DNA of 32,000 nt from Aquitalea aquatica. Lineage in GTDB: Bacteria; Pseudomonadota; Gammaproteobacteria; Burkholderiales; Chromobacteriaceae. Under the pieces are notes generated by a model. That model did not search any database. It was given only the letters and a program-made list of their open reading frames with translations, and was not told the DNA's origin. Positions 27,541-32,000 of this stretch are shown here, one piece after another (position 1 is the stretch's first letter; each line of letters starts with the position of its first letter). The translations under genes were made by a program, and so were the position numbers. The stretch is taken from the NCBI RefSeq assembly GCF_013911085.1, contig NZ_JACERN010000024.1, positions 66,744-98,743 of the forward strand, read 5' to 3'.

Positions 27541-27575
27541 GCCGGGCTGTCCCTCTGGGGTAGCCCGGCTTTTTG
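27541..27575 (+). terminator. Rho-independent terminator after the terC-family gene
   Basis: gccgggct (27541-27548) / agcccggc (27562-27569) followed by ttttt. Confidence 0.7.
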
Positions 27576-27576
27576 C

Positions 27577-27605
27577 TTGTCGCGCTCAGGCTTTGCCGCT
27601 AGCAT
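27577..27605 (+). promoter_or_regulatory. Possible sigma70 promoter for the riboswitch-CLC transcript
   Basis: TTGTCG (27577-27582) - 17 nt - TAGCAT (27600-27605). This would place the transcription start a few nt before the aptamer. Confidence 0.3.
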
Positions 27606-27616
27606 GGCTTTTCTTT

Positions 27617-27707
27617 GAGGGAGATGGCATTCCTCCCGCTTGTCCCGCTGCGCAGCATGTCGCGGCCGTGACAGCAAACCGCCCATCCGGGCTGATGATG
27701 CCTGCAG
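27617..27707 (+). promoter_or_regulatory. Fluoride riboswitch (crcB RNA motif) aptamer
   Basis: GGGAGAUGGCAUUCCUCCC (27619-27637) ... AAACCGCCCAUCCGGGCUGAUGAUGCCUGC (27676-27705). This matches the conserved GGnGAUGGnnUUCnnCC / AAACCGCC / GCUGAUGAUnCCU blocks, with GGCAU/AUGCC pseudoknot potential. It sits directly upstream of a CLC-F gene. A 38-nt hairpin insertion lies at 27638-27675. Confidence 0.87.
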
Positions 27708-27787
27708 GATTCCCCTTGCCGGGAGCTGCAGGTGCGTCTGTATTTTCCGGCCGGGGGTGATTATGTGTTGTCATTCAGAAGAACGTC

Positions 27788-29074
27788 ATGTCTGCCATTT
27801 CCCGTTCCGAAACCCTTGCCATGCTGCCGCGCATGAGCAAGCTGCTGTTACTGGCCTGCCTGGTTGCCTTGCTGGCCGGCTCTGCTTCTGCCTTCTTTCT
27901 GCATAGCCTGGCATGGGCCACGGCCATGCGGCAGGACTACCGCTGGCTGCTGCTATTGCTGCCACTGGCTGGTTTTGTCGTCGGCTGGGTTTACCTGCGT
28001 TATGGCAGCCGGGTGGAGGCTGGCAATAATCTGTTGATCGACGAGATTCACGATCCCACCCGGATTGTTCCCCTGCGCATGGTGCCGCTGGTGCTGTGGG
28101 GCACGGTGATGTCGCATCTGTTCGGAGCCTCGGTCGGGCGCGAAGGCACTGCCGTGCAGATGGGCGGAGCGCTGGCCGACCAGCTTACTCACCTGCTCAA
28201 GCTCGGTAATGCCGACCGGCGCATCTTGCTGATGTGCGGCATTGCCGCCGGGTTTGCCTCGGTATTCGGTACGCCACTGGCTGGCGCCGTGTTTGCGCTG
28301 GAAGTGCTGGCCATTGGTCGCATGCGCTACGACGCGCTGTTTCCCTGCCTGCTGGCGGCTATTGTGGCCGACCAGGTGGGCCTGGCCTGGAGTGTGCTGC
28401 ACACCCACTACACCATTCAATTTATCCCGGCCATCAGCGGCTGGACCCTGCTGGCCACGCTGGTGGCCGGCGCGCTGTTCGGTCTTACCGGCAAGCTGTT
28501 TGCCGACAGCACCCATGCCTTGTCGGCGCGCATCAAGCATCTGGTGAAGTACCCGCCGCTGCGCCCCCTGCTGGGCGGCTTGTTGCTGGTGGCCATCGTC
28601 TGGCCGACGGGGGCCGATCGCTATATCGGTCTGGGCATTCCGGTGATTGTCGACGCCTTCCAGCAGCCGCTGGTGCCTTATGATTTCGCTGCCAAGCTGG
28701 GCCTGACCGTGCTGTCGCTGGCCAGCGGTTTCAAGGGCGGCGAAGTCACGCCACTGTTTTATATCGGTGCCACCCTGGGCAATGCCCTGTCTCCCTTGCT
28801 GCATCTGCCGTTTTCCCTGCTGGCCGGGCTGGGTTTTGTCGCCGTGTTTGCCGGGGCAGCCAATACGCCGCTGGCCTCCACCATCATGGCGATGGAGCTG
28901 TTTGGCAGCGAGGTGGGCATCTACGCCGCACTGGCTTGCGTGGCCAGCTATTATTTTTCTGGCCATAGCGGCATTTACCGCTCGCAACGCATTGCCCATG
29001 GCAAACACCGGCCCTTTCCACGCGGACTGAAACTGAGCGAGCTGGCCGCCTGGCGGCAGCGGCAGAACAAGTAG
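27788..29074 (+). CDS. CLC-family fluoride/proton antiporter (CLC-F, 'EriC-F')
   Basis: GNNLL (28022-28036) replaces the canonical GSGIP. GREGT is at 28136-28150 and GGEVTP at 28736-28753. These are CLC-F signatures (N/T clade, as I recall from the Miller-lab work). A fluoride riboswitch precedes the gene. Alternative starts at 27821 and 27833. Confidence 0.88.
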   Translation: MSAISRSETLAMLPRMSKLLLLACLVALLAGSASAFFLHSLAWATAMRQDYRWLLLLLPLAGFVVGWVYLRYGSRVEAGNNLLIDEIHDPTRIVPLRMVPLVLWGTVMSHLFGASVGREGTAVQMGGALADQLTHLLKLGNADRRILLMCGIAAGFASVFGTPLAGAVFALEVLAIGRMRYDALFPCLLAAIVADQVGLAWSVLHTHYTIQFIPAISGWTLLATLVAGALFGLTGKLFADSTHALSARIKHLVKYPPLRPLLGGLLLVAIVWPTGADRYIGLGIPVIVDAFQQPLVPYDFAAKLGLTVLSLASGFKGGEVTPLFYIGATLGNALSPLLHLPFSLLAGLGFVAVFAGAANTPLASTIMAMELFGSEVGIYAALACVASYYFSGHSGIYRSQRIAHGKHRPFPRGLKLSELAAWRQRQNK

Positions 29075-29168
29075 TCGGGGGGCGGGTGTGGACGGTTTCC
29101 GCTCCTGGCGCAGTCGTTTGCGGGCATGGCTGATGACAGCGCACCAGCCATAATGATATTTAGATGGT

Positions 29169-30404
29169 ATGCGTCGGGGGAGTGGTCAGTTCATGCACAG
29201 CGTGACGGTGGTGGAGCGTAGTTGGCGCAGCATGCTGCGGGCGGTGGCCAGCCTGTTGCTGGCTTATGCCTTGCTGGTGGTGGGCAATGCGCTGGGCAGC
29301 ACCGAAACCTCGCTCAGCTTGCTGGCCAATGGCGTGCCGGTGGCGGTGGCCGGCATGGTGCAGTCGGCCTATTACGCCGGTTTCTTTCTCGGCGGATTCT
29401 TCTGCAGCGGCATGATTCGCCAGTATGGCCATCACCGGGCCTTTGCTGCGCTTACCGCCATCATCTGCGTGCTGACCTTGTGTCAGGCGCTGTTCACCAC
29501 GCCGTGGCTGTGGCTGCTGGCGCGGCTGGGCAATGGTCTGGCCATGGTGGGCATCTACATGGTGGTGGAAAGCTGGCTGAACGGCTGTGTCAGCAACAGC
29601 CAGCGCGGCCAGCTGTTTTCGCTTTACCTGATCATCAGCTACCTGGGGGCAAGTGCCGGCCAGTGGCTGCTCAAGCTGCCGTTCAGCCAGTCTGGCTGGC
29701 CCTTCATCATCGTGGCCATGTTGTTTGCCCTGGCCATCATCCCGGTCACCCTGACCCAGCAGCGTCCGCAAGTGCTGGCGGCCCCAGCGCCTGGCAATGT
29801 GCTGGCGCGGGCCATGCGTACCCTGCGCTTGCTGGGCCGGCGCGCTCCGCTCAGCCTGGTGGGGGCGGTGCTGGCCGGCTGTTTCAATAGCGCCTTCTAC
29901 ACCATGCTGCCGGCCATGCTGAGCCAGTCCGGCCGCTCTGCACCGGATATTGCCAGTTTCATGGGCCTGGCCTTGCTGGCTGCGCCGCTATTGCAGTGGC
30001 CGATGGGCAAATGGGCGGACAGTAGCGACCGCGCCACCTTGCTGGCGCGCTGCGCGCTGGTGGTGGCGGTGCTGTCGCTGATCCTGACCCAGTTGCTGAA
30101 CACCGGCTGGATGCTGCCGCTGGTGATGGTGTATGTGTCGGTGGCCTTTACCTTTTACGGCACGCTCAGCGGTATCGCCAACGACGCCATGCCAGCGCGC
30201 CACCGGGTGGAGGTGAGTGCTTCGCTGCTGATGGTATATGCGCTGGGCGGCACGCTGGGGCCGCTATTGTGCTCCTCGGTGATGGCGGCCATCGGCCCGG
30301 CTGGTTATTTCGTGGTGTCCTTGGGCTTGTCGGCCACACTGGGCGGCTATGCCTGGTGGACGGTCAAGCGCTGGCCCTTGCCCAGCCTGCTGCCGCCGCG
30401 CTGA
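29169..30404 (+). CDS. MFS transporter, YcaD-like
   Basis: 12-TM protein. MVVESWLN and LQWPMGKWAD resemble E. coli YcaD (VVVESAL..., GQWPIGRLAD). The start is uncertain: ATG 29169, 29193 (GGGGGAG RBS) or 29232. Confidence 0.8.
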   Translation: MRRGSGQFMHSVTVVERSWRSMLRAVASLLLAYALLVVGNALGSTETSLSLLANGVPVAVAGMVQSAYYAGFFLGGFFCSGMIRQYGHHRAFAALTAIICVLTLCQALFTTPWLWLLARLGNGLAMVGIYMVVESWLNGCVSNSQRGQLFSLYLIISYLGASAGQWLLKLPFSQSGWPFIIVAMLFALAIIPVTLTQQRPQVLAAPAPGNVLARAMRTLRLLGRRAPLSLVGAVLAGCFNSAFYTMLPAMLSQSGRSAPDIASFMGLALLAAPLLQWPMGKWADSSDRATLLARCALVVAVLSLILTQLLNTGWMLPLVMVYVSVAFTFYGTLSGIANDAMPARHRVEVSASLLMVYALGGTLGPLLCSSVMAAIGPAGYFVVSLGLSATLGGYAWWTVKRWPLPSLLPPR

Positions 30405-30433
30405 GCGACAGTTTGTCATCCGGCTGATTCATC

Positions 30434-31246
30434 ATGCGGTTTTTCCTCTGGCGAAAGCATCATTCCATGACGGTGAAAATCATCCGTGGCGGCAGTGTGC
30501 TGGCCGCGCTGCTGCTATTGATATCCTGGGCGGTGCATGCGGCCAATGCCGATGCCTTGTGGAATATCGTGCATGAGCAGTGTGTACCGCACTGGCAGCA
30601 GGCCGAGGACCCGGCACCCTGTGCCAGGGTGGAAACCGGACAGGGCGAGGCGCAGGGTTTTGCCGTGCTCAAGGACATCCACGGTGTACTGCAATATCTG
30701 CTGATTCCCACCGCACGGGTCAGCGGCATCGAAAGCCCGCTGCTATTGCAGGATGATGCGCCCGATTACTGGGCCGCGGCCTGGGACGCTCGCCAGTGGA
30801 TGGATCGCCTGCACGGCAGCCCCTTGCCGCGCGAGGCGCTGGCGCTGACGGTGAACTCGCCATGGGGCCGCAGCCAGAACCAGCTGCACATTCATGTTTC
30901 CTGTGTGCAGCCGGCATTGCGTCGGCAGTTGCAACAGGCAGCCATCGGGCCGCAATGGCAGGAGCTGCCTGGTGGCATCAACGGCCATGCCTACCAGGCA
31001 AGAGCCATCATGGGCGAGACACTGGCGGGCGTGCAGCCCTTCCGTCTGCTGGCGGAGGGGATTCCTGCCGCCCGCGAGGACATGGGCCGCTACACCCTGG
31101 CGGTGATTGCCACCCGCTTCGACAGCGGGCCAGGTTTCTGGCTGCTGGCCGGCAAGGCTGACCTGCTGGCCGGCAACTTTGCCTCGGCCGAAGGCGATGT
31201 GCAGGATCATGACTGCCAGCTGCTGCAGCCAGCAGCAGCACCATAA
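30434..31246 (+). CDS. cdh: CDP-diacylglycerol pyrophosphatase
   Basis: Collinear with E. coli Cdh as I recall it: LWNIVHEQCVP...PAPCARVE, FAVLKDIHGVLQYLLIPT, ESPLL, NSPWGRSQNQLHIHVSC, ASAEGDVQDHDCQLL. Alternative start at ATG 30467 (MTVKIIRGG + signal peptide). Confidence 0.92.
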   Translation: MRFFLWRKHHSMTVKIIRGGSVLAALLLLISWAVHAANADALWNIVHEQCVPHWQQAEDPAPCARVETGQGEAQGFAVLKDIHGVLQYLLIPTARVSGIESPLLLQDDAPDYWAAAWDARQWMDRLHGSPLPREALALTVNSPWGRSQNQLHIHVSCVQPALRRQLQQAAIGPQWQELPGGINGHAYQARAIMGETLAGVQPFRLLAEGIPAAREDMGRYTLAVIATRFDSGPGFWLLAGKADLLAGNFASAEGDVQDHDCQLLQPAAAP

Positions 31247-31275
31247 ACAATCATCCATAAACAGTCCTCCATCGT

Positions 31276-32000
31276 TCAGCGCGTTGTCCGGGACAGCTCC
31301 CAGGCGCTGAGGCCAGTCAGGCTGCAGGCCGCGCCTACCACCACCACGCCGGTCCAGCCCCAGTGGCCATAAGCCCAGGCCGAGGCCAGCGAGCCAACGG
31401 CCCCGCCGATGAAGTAGCTGGTCATATAGGCCGAGGTCAGCCGGTTGCGCGCTTCCGGGCGGATGCGGTAGATCGCCCCCTGATTGCTGACGTGGCAGCC
31501 TGCCACGCCCAGATCCAGCAGCAAAATGCCCACGAGCAAGGCGGTAATCGAGTGTGGTGCCAGCGCCAGCGGCAACCACGCCAGCAACATCAGGCCCAGG
31601 CTCAGCCGCGTGGCCAGCGGACCATGGCCCCGGTCGCTCAGGCGGCCAACGATATTGGCGGACATGGCCCCGGCGGCACCGGCCAGCCCGAACAGGCCGA
31701 TGGTGCTGTTGGAGAAGGAAAATGGCGGCGCTGACAGCAGGAAGGCCAGCGAGGTCCACATCACGCTGAAGGTGGCAAAGGCCATGGCCCCCAGCAGGCC
31801 GCGCAGGCGCAGACTGGCTTCTTCATTGAACAGGCGCAGGACCGAGCGCAGTAGCTGCGGATAGGACAGGCCGCTGCCCACGCGGCTGACTGGTAGCTGG
31901 CGCGCCAGCACCACGGTCATCAGCAGCATGCCGGCTGCGCCGCACCAGTACACGGTGTGCCAGCCGCCCAGGTCGGCTAGCGTGCCGGCCACGGTGCGGG
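31276..32000 (-). CDS. MFS transporter, C-terminal half (5' end outside the window)
   Basis: The ORF is open to the window edge. It has six hydrophobic helices with an MFS-like loop (GRLSDRGHGP) and is convergent with cdh. Confidence 0.8.
   Translation of the reverse strand, partial: RTVAGTLADLGGWHTVYWCGAAGMLLMTVVLARQLPVSRVGSGLSYPQLLRSVLRLFNEEASLRLRGLLGAMAFATFSVMWTSLAFLLSAPPFSFSNSTIGLFGLAGAAGAMSANIVGRLSDRGHGPLATRLSLGLMLLAWLPLALAPHSITALLVGILLLDLGVAGCHVSNQGAIYRIRPEARNRLTSAYMTSYFIGGAVGSLASAWAYGHWGWTGVVVVGAACSLTGLSAWELSRTTR

Noticed and set aside
27763-27906. Small out-of-frame ORF (ATG 27763, Cys/His-rich, about 47 aa) between the riboswitch and the CLC start, with a GGGGTGA upstream.
   Set aside because: It overlaps the CLC N-terminus in another frame and has no recognisable family. 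It is more likely a chance ORF, though a leader peptide cannot be fully excluded.
599-31759. Many long ORFs antisense to, or out of frame with, the called genes. Examples: 599-1783(-), 1705-3090(-), 4097-5197(-), 7042-7980(+), 10573-11778(+), 16751-17794(+), 21030-21818(-), 27953-29008(-), 30743-31759(-).
   Set aside because: They are typical shadow ORFs of GC-rich DNA. Their translations are Arg/Ala/Gly/Pro/Gln-rich and low in complexity. Each lies opposite a gene with a strong, recognisable family match.
1-32000. Search by eye for CRISPR repeats, tRNA/rRNA genes, IS elements, integrases, phage genes, toxin-antitoxin pairs or known defence-system genes.
   Set aside because: I saw none. Composition and codon bias look uniform across the genes, and every gene has a plausible chromosomal metabolic, regulatory or transport role. 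An exhaustive repeat or covariance-model scan was not possible by hand.

Overview
GC-rich chromosomal segment. The gene order looks betaproteobacterial (Neisseriales/Chromobacterium-like), which is inference from synteny and protein similarity only. I call about 31 protein genes.

(1) Positions 1-6300 are a housekeeping block: yebC (partial), pepP, ubiH, a second UbiH/UbiI-family monooxygenase, a DsbC/DsbG-type disulfide isomerase, an orphan TonB-C-domain protein and an acyl-CoA-binding protein.

(2) Positions 6400-14700 hold a complete carbon-phosphorus (C-P) lyase locus with a non-E. coli layout. phnGHIJKLM plus a translationally coupled HD-domain gene lie on the minus strand. They are divergent from phnF, a DUF1045/2H-phosphoesterase gene and phnN. 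The cluster has no phnCDE, phnO or phnP.

(3) Positions 14780-17870 carry alanine dehydrogenase and a Cache-HAMP-GGDEF diguanylate cyclase.

(4) Positions 18120-22190 carry a PhnS2/T2/U2-like (Fe3+/2-aminoethylphosphonate type) ABC importer. Its upstream region holds the same 10-mer (ACGTATAGAC, a HutC/PhnF-type GT-N-TA-N-AC core) as the phnG/phnF divergent promoter.

(5) Positions 22200-27500 carry a 682-aa polytopic membrane protein of the family usually auto-annotated as site-specific recombinase, an NhaR-like LysR regulator, htpX and a TerC-family protein.

(6) Positions 27617-29074 carry a clear fluoride riboswitch (crcB motif) followed by a CLC-F type F-/H+ antiporter.

(7) The remainder is a YcaD-like MFS transporter, CDP-diacylglycerol pyrophosphatase (cdh) and a partial MFS gene.

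I found no tRNA/rRNA, CRISPR array, transposase/integrase or recognisable defence genes. I do not see a convincing wholly new multi-gene system. The best leads are the uncharacterised accessory genes of the C-P lyase locus, the shared putative PhnF operator linking two separated operons, the riboswitch/CLC-F unit and the misnamed membrane 'recombinase'. All coordinates come from reading the sequence, and all family assignments are from remembered homologues, not searches.
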